This document shows, piece after piece, positions 9,101-18,800 of a stretch of DNA of 64,000 nt; the first letter of the stretch is position 1, and each line of letters opens with the position of its first letter. The notes beneath the pieces were generated by a model. It did no database searches. It was not told the origin of the DNA and saw only the letters and a list, made by a program, of their open reading frames with translations. Source of the DNA: Chloroflexota bacterium (lineage in GTDB: Bacteria > Chloroflexota > UBA11872); assembly GCA_965208215.1 (NCBI GenBank), contig CBDBOH010000003.1, positions 1,470,880 through 1,534,879 of the forward strand, written 5' to 3'. Position numbers and translations under genes: made by a program.

Positions 9101-12100
9101 GACGGCGTGGCCGTCTGCTGGGGCTACAACGAGCAGGGCCAGGCGTCGCCGCCGGAGGACGAGCGGTTTACGGCGCTCACCAGCGGCAGCTCTCACACCT
9201 GCGGGCTGCGTAGCGACGGCGCCGCGATCTGCTGGGGGAGCGACGACTACGGTCAGGCGTCGCCGCCCGAGGGCGTGCAGTTCACGGGGCTGAGCGCCGG
9301 CGAGCGCCACACCTGCGGCGTGCGCACCGATGGCCTGGCGATCTGCTGGGGAGACGACGAGCATGGCAAATCGACGCCATCCCAGGCCGAGAAATTTGTT
9401 GCCGTTAGTAGCGGCGAGGAGCACACCTGCGCGCTGCGCGCCGACGGCACCCCGGTCTGCTGGGGGATGGCCGGGAGCGTGACGTCACCGCCGCACGGCG
9501 TGGCGTTTACCGCGCTGAGCAGCGGCCACCAGCACACGTGTGGATTGCAGGCGGACGGGACGCCGGTCTGCTGGGGCTCAAACGCCGGCGGTTATGAAAC
9601 CCCTGGCGGGAGAGCCCTGGCGCCGCACGGCGAGCATCTCAGTGCGGTGAGCGGTGGCGGTGACTTCACGTGCGGCCTTCGCACTGACGGGACGCCGGTC
9701 TGCTGGGGCGGACGCTTCGAGTCCGGCGCGCCGCGCTATGCGCCTATCGCCGGCGGCCCGTTCGTTGCGGTCAGTAGCGGGGAGTTGCATACCTGCGCGC
9801 TGCGTGACGACGGGACGCCGGTCTGCTGGGGCGACGACACGCACGGTCAGGCGTCGCCCCCGGCGGACGCACGCTTCGTGGCCCTGAGCAGCGGCGAGCA
9901 ACACACCTGCGGGCTACTCGAGGATGGAGGGGCGGTGTGTTGGGGATCGAATCGAAACGGGCGGTCAACGCCGCCGGTCGATGAGCAGTTCGAGTTCCTT
10001 AGTAGCGGCTCAAGCCACAGTTGCGCGTTGAGGGCGGATGGATCCGCGGCGTGCTGGGGGCGCAACGACCAGGGGCAGGCCTCGCCACCAGAGGCCGAAT
10101 CGTTTGTGGCGATTGGCAGCGGCGGCGAGCATACTTGCGGCTTACGCGATGACGGATCCACCCTCTGCTGGGGCGCGGAAGACCGATCCAGCAGCTGGGG
10201 CAAGCTGTGGCCGCCTGAGCACGAGCGCTTTGTCGCCCTCAGTGTCGGGCCGGACCATACCTGTGCGCTGCGGGCGGACGGCACGCTCTGGTGCAGTACC
10301 GATTTCGATCAGTGGTCCGGGGTGTTCGAGGGCGAGCGGTTTGTGGCCATTAGCAGCGCCCGCGAGCGTTTGTGCGGCCTTCGGGACGACGGTTCGGTCG
10401 CCTGCTATGGCGACTTTCGTATCTACCTTCCGGTCAATCAGCCGTTCGTGTCGCTCAGCAGCGGGGCTCGGCACACCTGTGGGCTGCGCGAGGACGGCGC
10501 CATCCTGTGTTGGGGTCAGAACAACCGGGGCCAGGCGTCGCTCGAGAAGCCATACCGAACCGCTCTATCTGGTGAGCGATTCACATCCATCACAAGTGGA
10601 GGCCGCTACGCCTGCGCACTTCGCCAGGACGGGTCGCCCGTGTGCTGGGTGGCGCCCGACTCCAGGTGGTCCTCGCCCGACGACATTCCGGTGCCGCCGG
10701 ATGAGCAGCTGACGTCCATTAGCGGCGGGTCCGGGTACGTCTGTGGCCTCCGCCAGGACGGGTCGCCCGTGTGCTGGGGACGAGACTGGAACGGTCGAGC
10801 CGTGCCGCCGGAAGGCGAAGTGTTTGGGGCCACTAGTGCCGGCTCCGGGCATACCTGCGCGCTGCGTCCGGACGGCACGCCTGTGTGCTGGGGGAGAAAC
10901 GACGACGGTTCCGGTCGGCACGCCGGCGGGGCGTTGCCGCCGGCTGGCGAGCGCTTTACGACCATCAGCGTGGGCGCCTTCCACACCTGCGCCCTGCGCG
11001 AGGACGGAACCCCGGTGTGCTGGGGCAGTAACGAGGACGGGCGCGGGAATCCGGTTGGCCAGGCCTCGCCTCCGAGCGGCGAGCGATTTACGACCATCAC
11101 CAGTGCATCGCTTCACACGTGCGCCTTGCGCGAGGATGGGACGGCCGTCTGCTGGGGTGAGAACCACGACGGCCGGTCATCGCCACCGGACAACGAGTCG
11201 TTCATCGCGATCGACAGCGGCGCCGAACACACCTGCGGTATCCGCGCCGACGGTTCGGCCGTCTGCTGGGGGCAGGACTGGAACGGCCAGGCCTCGGCGC
11301 CCGCGGGCGAGACCTTTGCAGCCATCGGCAGTGGGCAGGATTTCAGCTGCGCCCTGCGCCAGAACGGAACCGCGACGTGCTGGGGCGAGGGATACCCCCG
11401 CCCGCCCGATGTGACACCGCCATACACCCCGCCAGCCCCGCCGCTGCCCAGCCCGCTGCCTGAATTCGTGGCCGTCACTTGCGGCAGCTTCCATACCTGT
11501 GCGCTCAGCGTGGACGGTCAGGCGATTTGCTGGGGCGGCTGGTCCGTAAATCGGCCGGTGTGGCCGCCGGAGGGTGAGCGGTTTATCGCGCTCAGTGGCG
11601 GGTGGAGTCACACGTGTGGGCTACGCGAGGACGGAACGGCCGTGTGCTGGGGTGTAGGCGTGGCCGTCGCCGAGTCGCCACCCACCGGCGAGAAGTTCAC
11701 CGCGCTGAGCAGCGGCTCGAGCCACACCTGCGGCTTGCGCGACGACGGGACCGCTGTGTGTTGGGGCTTCGACGACGACGGTCGAGCCGCGCCGCCGGCC
11801 GGCGAGCGGTTCACGATGCTCAGCAGTGGCGGCGCTCACACTTGCGGGCTACGCGCCGATGGGACCGCGGTCTGCTGGGGACGCGACGACGAAGGCCAGG
11901 CCTCGCCGCCCGCCGACGAGCGCTTTACGGCAATTGCCAGCGGCGGCGACCACACGTGCGGCTTGCGCGACGATGGGACCGTCCGCTGCTGGGGCGACAA
12001 GTCGGCCCCTCACGCGACGCCGCCGGTGGGCGAGACCTTTGTGGCCATCAGCAGCGACGACCACCGAACTTGTGGGCTGCGTAGCGACGGAACCGTGCTG

Positions 12101-12259
12101 TGCTGGGGATCCTTCCGACAGGGCGAAGACACGTCGCCCGACGACGTGCGGGTCACCACCATCAGCCTGGGTCGCGCACACACCTGTGGACTGGGCGCGG
12201 ACGGAACCGTCGCTTGCTGGGGGTCCGATGACGAGGGCCAGGTGTGGCCGCCGCGATGA
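6164..12259 (+). CDS. giant secreted RCC1-repeat (beta-propeller) protein, about 40 blades
   Basis: 2031-aa ORF with N-terminal signal peptide MMRTRLPVRAQWRSLPRALGPLVGAVCLGLVAVLQPVAQAQG. About 40 repeats of roughly 50 aa, F.AISSG..HTCGLR.DG.AVCWG....GQASPP.GERF. Two conserved Cys per repeat. Confidence 0.85.
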   Translation: MMRTRLPVRAQWRSLPRALGPLVGAVCLGLVAVLQPVAQAQGPSPGPALLPTAAVEPPRPDQRFVTVSSGNFHTCALQANGEVLCWGAEPPGETADVGPVGFGQALPPAGERFVAISSGGFHTCGLRDDGSAACWGADPGGQSEDLGQVGFGQTSPPNGEAFTAISSGGTHTCGLRGDGSVACWGNDESGQASPPDEERFTVITSGANHSCGVREDGTVVCWGPEPGPGPFGGWEAPPEAAFGSIDGAHGYTCGVPLEGPPFCWGSYSETPNLARYPPPDLWLIAVSGGGGHACGLRKDGMPVCWGDLPDSPPPGQRFASLSSGMGHTCGLRADDGTVACWGDDSYGQASPPEGARYLGSEPVPPDPYDPGAPLVALSSGGGHVCGITNEGFAWCAGNDHYGQASPPPGVKFASISSGSFHTCGIRLDGVAVCWGDDEDGESSPPAGERFVSISSSAGRTCALREDGTPVCWGRESAEETAAVAAEQFSAISAGWGHACALRADGTAVCWGSNWGGQATPPEDQRFTAISTGWDHTCALREDGAAVCWGRDQYGQASPPEHERFVDISTNTYHTCALREDGTPVCWGAADPWGDYGQASPRPGDRFVSVSSGDNFTCGLRADGTYGCWRFGPANLGFDLDTVGREGFRAVRDQALTAVSSGNRHTCAIGADGTLRCWGLNDYGQATPPAEGTFIAVSSGGRHTCALRDNGEAICWGDEADGRTQPPADDRFVAISSGWAHTCALREDGSAACWGRDHNGQAAPPADERFSAVSSGLTHTCALRQDGSAVCWGQDYDGQASAPEGARFAAISSGSDYTCALYEDGSPFCWGDPDDETSTPPYVERFVAISTGPDHACGLRADGTPVCWGERNAVAPPDVRFGAISIGAVHTCALRTDGRPICWGTGFQTPTESAKRSEFETVSVQSFVAISSGYGHVCALREDGSVVCWGSSGAGKTAAPQGETFSSLTSGGDHTCGLRADGVAVCWGYNEQGQASPPEDERFTALTSGSSHTCGLRSDGAAICWGSDDYGQASPPEGVQFTGLSAGERHTCGVRTDGLAICWGDDEHGKSTPSQAEKFVAVSSGEEHTCALRADGTPVCWGMAGSVTSPPHGVAFTALSSGHQHTCGLQADGTPVCWGSNAGGYETPGGRALAPHGEHLSAVSGGGDFTCGLRTDGTPVCWGGRFESGAPRYAPIAGGPFVAVSSGELHTCALRDDGTPVCWGDDTHGQASPPADARFVALSSGEQHTCGLLEDGGAVCWGSNRNGRSTPPVDEQFEFLSSGSSHSCALRADGSAACWGRNDQGQASPPEAESFVAIGSGGEHTCGLRDDGSTLCWGAEDRSSSWGKLWPPEHERFVALSVGPDHTCALRADGTLWCSTDFDQWSGVFEGERFVAISSARERLCGLRDDGSVACYGDFRIYLPVNQPFVSLSSGARHTCGLREDGAILCWGQNNRGQASLEKPYRTALSGERFTSITSGGRYACALRQDGSPVCWVAPDSRWSSPDDIPVPPDEQLTSISGGSGYVCGLRQDGSPVCWGRDWNGRAVPPEGEVFGATSAGSGHTCALRPDGTPVCWGRNDDGSGRHAGGALPPAGERFTTISVGAFHTCALREDGTPVCWGSNEDGRGNPVGQASPPSGERFTTITSASLHTCALREDGTAVCWGENHDGRSSPPDNESFIAIDSGAEHTCGIRADGSAVCWGQDWNGQASAPAGETFAAIGSGQDFSCALRQNGTATCWGEGYPRPPDVTPPYTPPAPPLPSPLPEFVAVTCGSFHTCALSVDGQAICWGGWSVNRPVWPPEGERFIALSGGWSHTCGLREDGTAVCWGVGVAVAESPPTGEKFTALSSGSSHTCGLRDDGTAVCWGFDDDGRAAPPAGERFTMLSSGGAHTCGLRADGTAVCWGRDDEGQASPPADERFTAIASGGDHTCGLRDDGTVRCWGDKSAPHATPPVGETFVAISSDDHRTCGLRSDGTVLCWGSFRQGEDTSPDDVRVTTISLGRAHTCGLGADGTVACWGSDDEGQVWPPR
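6330..12200 (+). repeat. nucleotide-level tandem repeats (about 150-nt period) encoding RCC1 blades
   Basis: Repeated codon blocks for HTCGLR/VCWG/GQASPP throughout the gene. They generate long GC-rich shadow ORFs on the opposite strand, e.g. 7517..9424 (-). Confidence 0.7.
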
Positions 12260-12450
12260 GATTGGAGAACGTACAGATGGTTGGCCGGACAGTCAGCCGC
12301 TTTGCCGCTCAGCGGGCGGGCCGGCGACTCTTGTCGTCTTGTTCGGCGCCAGCGACTCGACTGATTTCAGGCCTTCGTCGGTCGCGCGGCAGATCGAGGC
12401 CATTGCCCGGACGGCTGCAACCTGTCACCGCAAGACGTAGGTTCCAGGCT

Positions 12451-15400
12451 GTGGCGGCGCCATGGTTTTTCGTCGCGCTGGCCGCGCTGCTGGTGGCGCT
12501 CGGTGTGAGCCTCACGACCCGGCCGGTGCAGGCGCACAGCCGTACTCCGCCGTGCGAGAGTTTCGGTCTCCGCGGCGTTCACGTGATGAATGCCCGGAAC
12601 TCGGTGCAGTGGACGCCGGGCGGCTCCGAACTGCTTTTCATCCACCACGACCAGCTCTACCAGGCGACCGCAGACGGGACGCGCGTGCAAGGCACGTTTG
12701 AGGTTCCATACGAGGCCCACATCGAGTCGCGGTCGTATATCAAGGTCTACCTGTCCCACGCCGACGTCTCCCCTGACGGAAGCCGGGTGGCGTACTCGGT
12801 CTGCTGGGACTCCTTTACGTTCTGGGACAGCCCGCCAAGGGAACCGCCGGACGAGGAGTCTCGCGCGGTCGACGTTCCGATCACCACCGTGTTCTTCGAA
12901 GTCGCCGTCTGGGATGCGACCACCGACGAGGTGGACTACCTGGCCGTTGGCAGCGTGCCCGTGTGGTCGCCCGACGGCACCCGCATTGCGTTCTTGTCCG
13001 ACTACAACTACGCCGACCCGCCGGCCGACAGCCGGGCACGCGTCGAGGCCGACCCGGGGCTCTTCAGCATGGCCGCGGACGGCTCCGACATCCAACGCCT
13101 GGCGCCGGCGGACCATGGGGACGTCGGCCTTCCGCCCCGCTGGTCGCCGGACGGGCAACTCCTGGCCTTTGTGCGTGGCGTGGGTTCGGCGGAGCAGGCG
13201 GTGTACACGGTGGGCGCCGACGGCTCCAATCCCAGGCGGATCTCGGCGGCGGCCAGTCTTCCCTCCTGGTCCCCCGACGGCGAGCGGCTGGCGCTGGCGT
13301 TGCCGGACGGCGAAGAGGTGGCGTTGTACACCATCGCGGCGGACGGTTCGGACCCGCGGCGGCTGACGACGATCGATGGCTGGCAGAGCCAGGGGTGGAA
13401 TGAAGATTGGTACGCGGAAGATCCGTCGGTTGCCTGGATTGAGACGGTGGCCTGGTCGCCGGATGGATCGAAGATTCTTTTTACGTGTGGATGGGCGTCG
13501 GTCTGCGTGGTCGACGTGGATGGGAATCCCGTTGGAACATCGCCGGAGAACCTGGGGGAGCTACACGGACCTGTCTGGTCGCCCGACGGAGCGCGAATCG
13601 CGATTGGCATTGGCGCTGAAGTCGACCCCTATTCGCGGAGAGTGCCCGAGATTCTCTACACGATGAGGCCCGATGGCTCCGACCTACAGGTCCTTGTGAC
13701 CCTGGGCGTCGGGCTGGTGGCCGAGAGCGTCAGAGCGGCCGACCTTGCGACGCGGCGTGCGGCCTGCGACGGCGGCTACGTAGTCCCCGAGCCCGGTGCG
13801 AATCCCGGCCTGGTGGGCGACTGCCAGACGCTGATGAATCTGCGTGATTGGCTGTTCGGCGGCGTGGCCACGAACTGGAATGCCGGGACGCCGATCGACG
13901 AGTGGGTGGGGCTAACCGTCGAGGGCTCGCCGCGGCGGGTGACGGGGCTGAGGGTGGGAAGCGGCAGATACGGCGATGCCGTGACCGCGGGGATCATCCC
14001 GCCCGAAGTCGCCGACCTGCCCAAGCTGCGGACGCTCGAGCTTGCCGGCAACCAGATATCGGGGAACATCCCGCCGGAACTCGGTGAACTCGCCGAGTTG
14101 GAGACGCTGGATGTCGCCCACAACCAACTCTCGGGGTGGATTCCAGCAGAGCTCGGCGATCTGGGCTCGCTGCGGAGCCTGAACCTGGCCGGCAACCGGC
14201 TGTACGGGGAGATCCCACCGGAACTGGGCCAGCTGACGAGCCTTGAACTCCTGGATCTTGCCGGGAACGATCTGAGCGGCGAGATTCCAGCGGAGCTGGG
14301 CGACCTTGCCAGCCTGCAGCGGCTTCTCCTGCGGGAAAACGAGTTCGGCGGGAGAATTCCAGGGGCGTTGGGCCAACTTGCCGCCCTGGTGGCGCTGGAC
14401 CTCGCGGAGAGTGGCGTCACCGGAGGTATTCCCCCCGAGATCGGCGCTCTGGCCGGGCTGGAGACGCTGGATCTCTCCAACAATGAGCTGACGGGCGACA
14501 TTCCACCCGAACTGGGCGGGCTGCGAAACCTGACGGAGTTGAATCTCGGCCAGAACCACCTGACGGGCCTGATCCCCTGGGAACTGGGCTGGCTGACGAA
14601 GCTCACGAACCTGCAGTTCGGGGGCAACCAGCTCACCGGGCGAGTCCCAGTGGCCCTGGGGTCCATGTACGACCTGTGGTCGCTGGGGCTGTGGGGCAAT
14701 CAACTGGAGGAGTGTCTGCCGTTCCACTTGAACAGACGCGAGCCGCCGTACATCAACCCGCGCGAGTGGGCGACCTGCGAGCTGGGCTCGTACGCCTTCA
14801 ACATTCGGGACGACGCGTTGCTCGGCGCCAGCGTGGGCAGGGTGTATATCCCCGGCCGGCTGGCGGACACGCTCAGCTATGTGATCGCGGGAGGCAACGA
14901 GGGCGGGGCGTTTGCCATCGACGCCAGCAGCGGCCGGATTACCGTTGCCAGCGAACTGGATGCTTCAGCAGTCGATGCCTATGCGCTGACGGTCGCGGCG
15001 AGTGATGGAATCGGCGACCTGGTACACGTGGAGATCCGGGTCAATCCAGCGCCGTCGCCGCCGACCTGTGCCAGCGGAATCGCCGTGCCGAATCCGCAGG
15101 ACAATCCGGGGCTGGTGAACGACTGCCGGATCCTGCTCGAAGCGCGGGAAGTTCTGGTCGGCCGGACCTGGCTGAATTGGAGCGCCGAGGCGCCGATGGA
15201 GCAGTGGGAGGCGATCGAACTCGGCGGCACGCCGCGGCGCGTCCTGGCGCTGGAGATTCGAGGGCCCCACGGGGGCAGGCGCATCCCGCCCGAGCTTGGA
15301 GGCCTGAGCGCTCTGCAGCGACTGGTGCTCTTTAACAACCGATTGTGGGGCACCATACCGAGCGAGCTTGGCCAACTGAGCGAGTTGCGCGAACTCGATC

Positions 15401-15651
15401 TGTCGAATAACGCCTTCTCGGAAGCGATACCGCCGGAACTGGGTCAGCTTGCCAACCTGACGCACCTGAACCTCTTCGTCAATCGACTAACCGGGCAGGT
15501 TCCAGCGGAACTCGGACAGCTGACGAATCTGCGGGAATTGCACCTCGGCCTGAACCACTACCTGACCCAGTGCCTGCCGGCCGACCTGGCGGCGCGAGCG
15601 CGTGAGGGCGTCGTGTTGCCGGACTGGCCGACGTGTGACGAAGGTGGCTAG
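12451..15651 (+). CDS. secreted multidomain protein: PD40/TolB-like beta-propeller, LRR block (plant-type 24-aa LRRs), cadherin-like domain, second LRR block
   Basis: WSPDG repeats (VWSPDGTRIAF, RWSPDGQLLAF, SWSPDGERLAL, AWSPDGSKILF, VWSPDGARIAI). LRRs L..L..L.L..N.L.G.IP.ELG.L. Cadherin-like YVIAGGNEGGAFAIDASSGRITVASELDASAVDAYALTVAASDG. In-frame GTG 12451 gives signal peptide M-AAPWFFVALAALLVALGVSLTTRPVQAHS; start uncertain (listed ORF begins 12244). Confidence 0.75.
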   Translation: MAAPWFFVALAALLVALGVSLTTRPVQAHSRTPPCESFGLRGVHVMNARNSVQWTPGGSELLFIHHDQLYQATADGTRVQGTFEVPYEAHIESRSYIKVYLSHADVSPDGSRVAYSVCWDSFTFWDSPPREPPDEESRAVDVPITTVFFEVAVWDATTDEVDYLAVGSVPVWSPDGTRIAFLSDYNYADPPADSRARVEADPGLFSMAADGSDIQRLAPADHGDVGLPPRWSPDGQLLAFVRGVGSAEQAVYTVGADGSNPRRISAAASLPSWSPDGERLALALPDGEEVALYTIAADGSDPRRLTTIDGWQSQGWNEDWYAEDPSVAWIETVAWSPDGSKILFTCGWASVCVVDVDGNPVGTSPENLGELHGPVWSPDGARIAIGIGAEVDPYSRRVPEILYTMRPDGSDLQVLVTLGVGLVAESVRAADLATRRAACDGGYVVPEPGANPGLVGDCQTLMNLRDWLFGGVATNWNAGTPIDEWVGLTVEGSPRRVTGLRVGSGRYGDAVTAGIIPPEVADLPKLRTLELAGNQISGNIPPELGELAELETLDVAHNQLSGWIPAELGDLGSLRSLNLAGNRLYGEIPPELGQLTSLELLDLAGNDLSGEIPAELGDLASLQRLLLRENEFGGRIPGALGQLAALVALDLAESGVTGGIPPEIGALAGLETLDLSNNELTGDIPPELGGLRNLTELNLGQNHLTGLIPWELGWLTKLTNLQFGGNQLTGRVPVALGSMYDLWSLGLWGNQLEECLPFHLNRREPPYINPREWATCELGSYAFNIRDDALLGASVGRVYIPGRLADTLSYVIAGGNEGGAFAIDASSGRITVASELDASAVDAYALTVAASDGIGDLVHVEIRVNPAPSPPTCASGIAVPNPQDNPGLVNDCRILLEAREVLVGRTWLNWSAEAPMEQWEAIELGGTPRRVLALEIRGPHGGRRIPPELGGLSALQRLVLFNNRLWGTIPSELGQLSELRELDLSNNAFSEAIPPELGQLANLTHLNLFVNRLTGQVPAELGQLTNLRELHLGLNHYLTQCLPADLAARAREGVVLPDWPTCDEGG

Positions 15652-15806
15652 GCCGTGGACGCGCCGCCAAACTCAACAACGCTAAGCGACCTGCTGAGAG
15701 GGTCGGGCCAAGTATTGGTTGGGCATGGCTGCGCTTCGCCCAATGGCTCGCTGGGAGCGTCGTCGCTGGCGGACGGGCCGTGTCCGGCGGTCGCGGAAGG
15801 CCTGGC

Positions 15807-18800
15807 ATGGCCAGACTGATTGGGCTGGGCCTCGCGGTCGGACTCCTGGTGGCGGTCACCGTGCTGCCGGTGCGGGCGCTCGAGTGCGGTGCGGAGGTCG
15901 GCGTTCCGTTGGACGACGGCTGCGTGTTCACAATCACTGGCAGCGACACCCCGGACCCGGCCGATGGGTTTGCGGTATCCAATGCGGTTGACGTTCCGCT
16001 GTGGGATTTCGTTCGGGCGAGGGATCTGCAGGCGATCGGGTATCCCATCAGTCAGCGGTGGATCGAGGGTCCGTTCACGCTGCAGGCGTTCCAAAAGGTC
16101 ATCCTGCAATGGGACCCGGGTCGCCGGCAGATGAACTACTACAACACGCTGGATGCGCTGGCGAATCGGTATCCGCAGGTGGCGCTGCCGAACGTGCCGA
16201 TCCACGAGGTGCTGGCGGCGGACTTTGGAGCCGATTTCGCCACGGTCACGCAAAACCACCTGGCGATCCTGGATCGAAACTCGAAGATACGGGCGCGGTT
16301 TCTGGCCGAGCCTGACTGGCTGAATCTATACGGGCTCCCGATTCGGTACGAGGCTCGGGAGGTCGACGGGAATCCGGAGGGCCTGCAAATCCTGCGGACG
16401 CAACGGGCGGTATTTGTGATTTGGAACGTCCCGGCGCCTGGGACGACGGTCGGGCAGGTGCTGCTGCAGAACGTGCCGGACAAAGTGAAGCAACTGACCA
16501 ACGTGATCATTCCGGACGCGGCCAAGGCGCCGGTTCGACCCGAAGCCGTCGAAGACCTCCCACGCTTTACATTGACGGTGCAGCCGACGTCGCTGGCTAG
16601 CAACGGGCCGACGAATCTAGAGGCTTGTGCCGGCGGCGCCGTGGTCCCAAACCCTGGATTGCAGCCTGAATTGGTACGGGACTGCCTGATTCTCTTGCAG
16701 ATCCGCGATGCGTTGGTGGCGAGTGGGTCGCTGAACTGGGCTACAGATCGGCCGATCAACGAGTGGCAAGGGATCGTCCTGGGTGGCTCGCCGACTAGGG
16801 TCCGGACGTTATCGATAAACGGTGGTGAGCGCGGCGGGACGATCCCGGCCGAGATCGGCGGACTGACCGGGCTGCATACGCTTCAAATTCGAGGCAACGC
16901 ATCGATTGGGGCGATTCCACCCGAGCTTGGACATCTGTTGAGTCTGGGAGCACTCGATTTCTCGAACAACCAGCTCTCCGGGACGATACCCCCGCTGATC
17001 GGACGCCTGGCCAATCTGCAGCACCTCAACCTGGGTCACAACCGACTATCAGGGTCGATCCCGCAGGAGTTGGGACAACTGGGTTCCTTGCAGGTTCTGC
17101 ACCTTTACAACAACCAGCTTACGGGTGAGATTCCGATACAGCTGGGTCGGCTCGCTGCCCTGACATGGCTTGGGCTCGGCAGGAACGATCTGGCGGGCGG
17201 GATTCCGGCGGAGCTTGGGCAACTGAGCCGCCTGCAAACGCTCAAGCTCGATAGCAATCCTCTTGGCGGCACCATCCCGATCGCGCTTACTCGGCTGGCC
17301 GACCTGACGGAGCTCGATCTGAGAGGAACCAGGCTGACTGGTGGAATCCCGTCTGAGGTGGGCAAATTGGCAAGTCTTCGTACGCTTGACCTCGGCGAAA
17401 ATCAGTTGACCGGCCCGATTCCGGCGACCCTCGGCCAGCTGTCAAATCTGCAGATACTGCAACTTCAGTACAACCCACTGAATGCCGAGATTCCACGCGA
17501 GCTAGGCCGTCTGCGCAGGTTGGAGAAGCTGGTGTTTACCGGAAGCCAGCTGACCGGGCAGATTCCAGATGAACTGGGACAACTAGAGAATCTGAAAGAG
17601 CTCAGTCTCGGGGTCAACAAGCTAACGGGTGCGATTCCGACATCGCTCGGCGGCCTGACAGCGCTCGAGACACTTCGTGCCGGCAACAATCAGTTGTCGG
17701 GACCGATTCCTGTCGCGATCGGCGGACTACAGAATCTCAGGGAACTAGCGCTTGGCACCAATCGGCTTAGCGGCCCAATACCTTCTGGACTTGCAGGGCT
17801 CTCACAGTTACAGCAACTTGATCTCAGCGGAAACAGCCTCACCGGTTTGATTCCAACGGAGCTCAGCCGCCTGGCGGCGTTGACGGGTATTCACCTTGGC
17901 GGCAATGGGCTGACTGGTTCGATTCCGGCGTCGCTTGGCGAGCTGGCAAAGCTGCGAGAGCTGAGCCTGGGTGGTAATCAGCTTACGGGTTCGATTCCGC
18001 CAACGCTTGGTTATCTGGCGAGGCTCGAGTCGCTGGGTCTCGGAAGCAATGCACTGTCCGGCGCGATCCCGGGAGATCTAGGGCGACTTGCCAACTTGCG
18101 CGAATTAGACCTTACGTTCAACCAGTTGAGTGGCCCAATACCGGCGGCCCTTGGCCAGCTTTCGGGTCTTGAATGGCTAGGGCTCAGAGGCAATCGGTTG
18201 TCGGGCTGCCTGCCGGCGGACTTGGCTAGCGTGCGAACGCGAGATATTGGTCCTCCAGAGCATCCCTTCTGCCACGCCCAGGCAACGCCTGATACGGATC
18301 TTGGGCAAGGCCCGACGCTTCAACCCAGCGTAGATGCAGCCGACAATGGTGCTTGCACGAACGGTCGGGTCGTGCCGCAGCCGCAGGCGAATCCGGGCCT
18401 GGTTCGTGACTGCAAGATCTTGTTCGCGGCTCGCGACACGCTGGCCGGGGGCGCCGATCTGAACTGGGGTGCTGATCGCACCATTGCCAAGTGGGACGGC
18501 GTGGTTCTGGGCGGCTCGCCGCCACGGGTTCACGAGCTTGCGCTGTCAACCGTGGGACTTTCAGGCTCGATTCCAGTTGTCATTGGAGAACTCAGGGCAT
18601 TGACGCGGCTGGATCTGAGCCAGAACCGCATCACGGGTCCGATTCCGGCTCAGCTTGGACAGTTAGTGAGACTTACGGAACTCCACCTCAATTCCAACGA
18701 GCTATCCGGCCACATTCCGGTAGAACTGACAGGACTGTCCGAGCTTCAACTTCTGTACCTCTTCGGCAACTCGCTGACCGGTCGGATTCCAACTGAGTTG

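Noticed and set aside
7517-9424. 635-aa minus-strand ORF (and similar 6134..7144, 10565..11167, 11177..11611) antisense to the RCC1 gene
   Set aside because: Translations are Arg/Ala/Pro/Gly-rich low complexity with no domain-like motifs. They are shadow ORFs created by the GC-rich periodic repeats of the genuine + strand gene.
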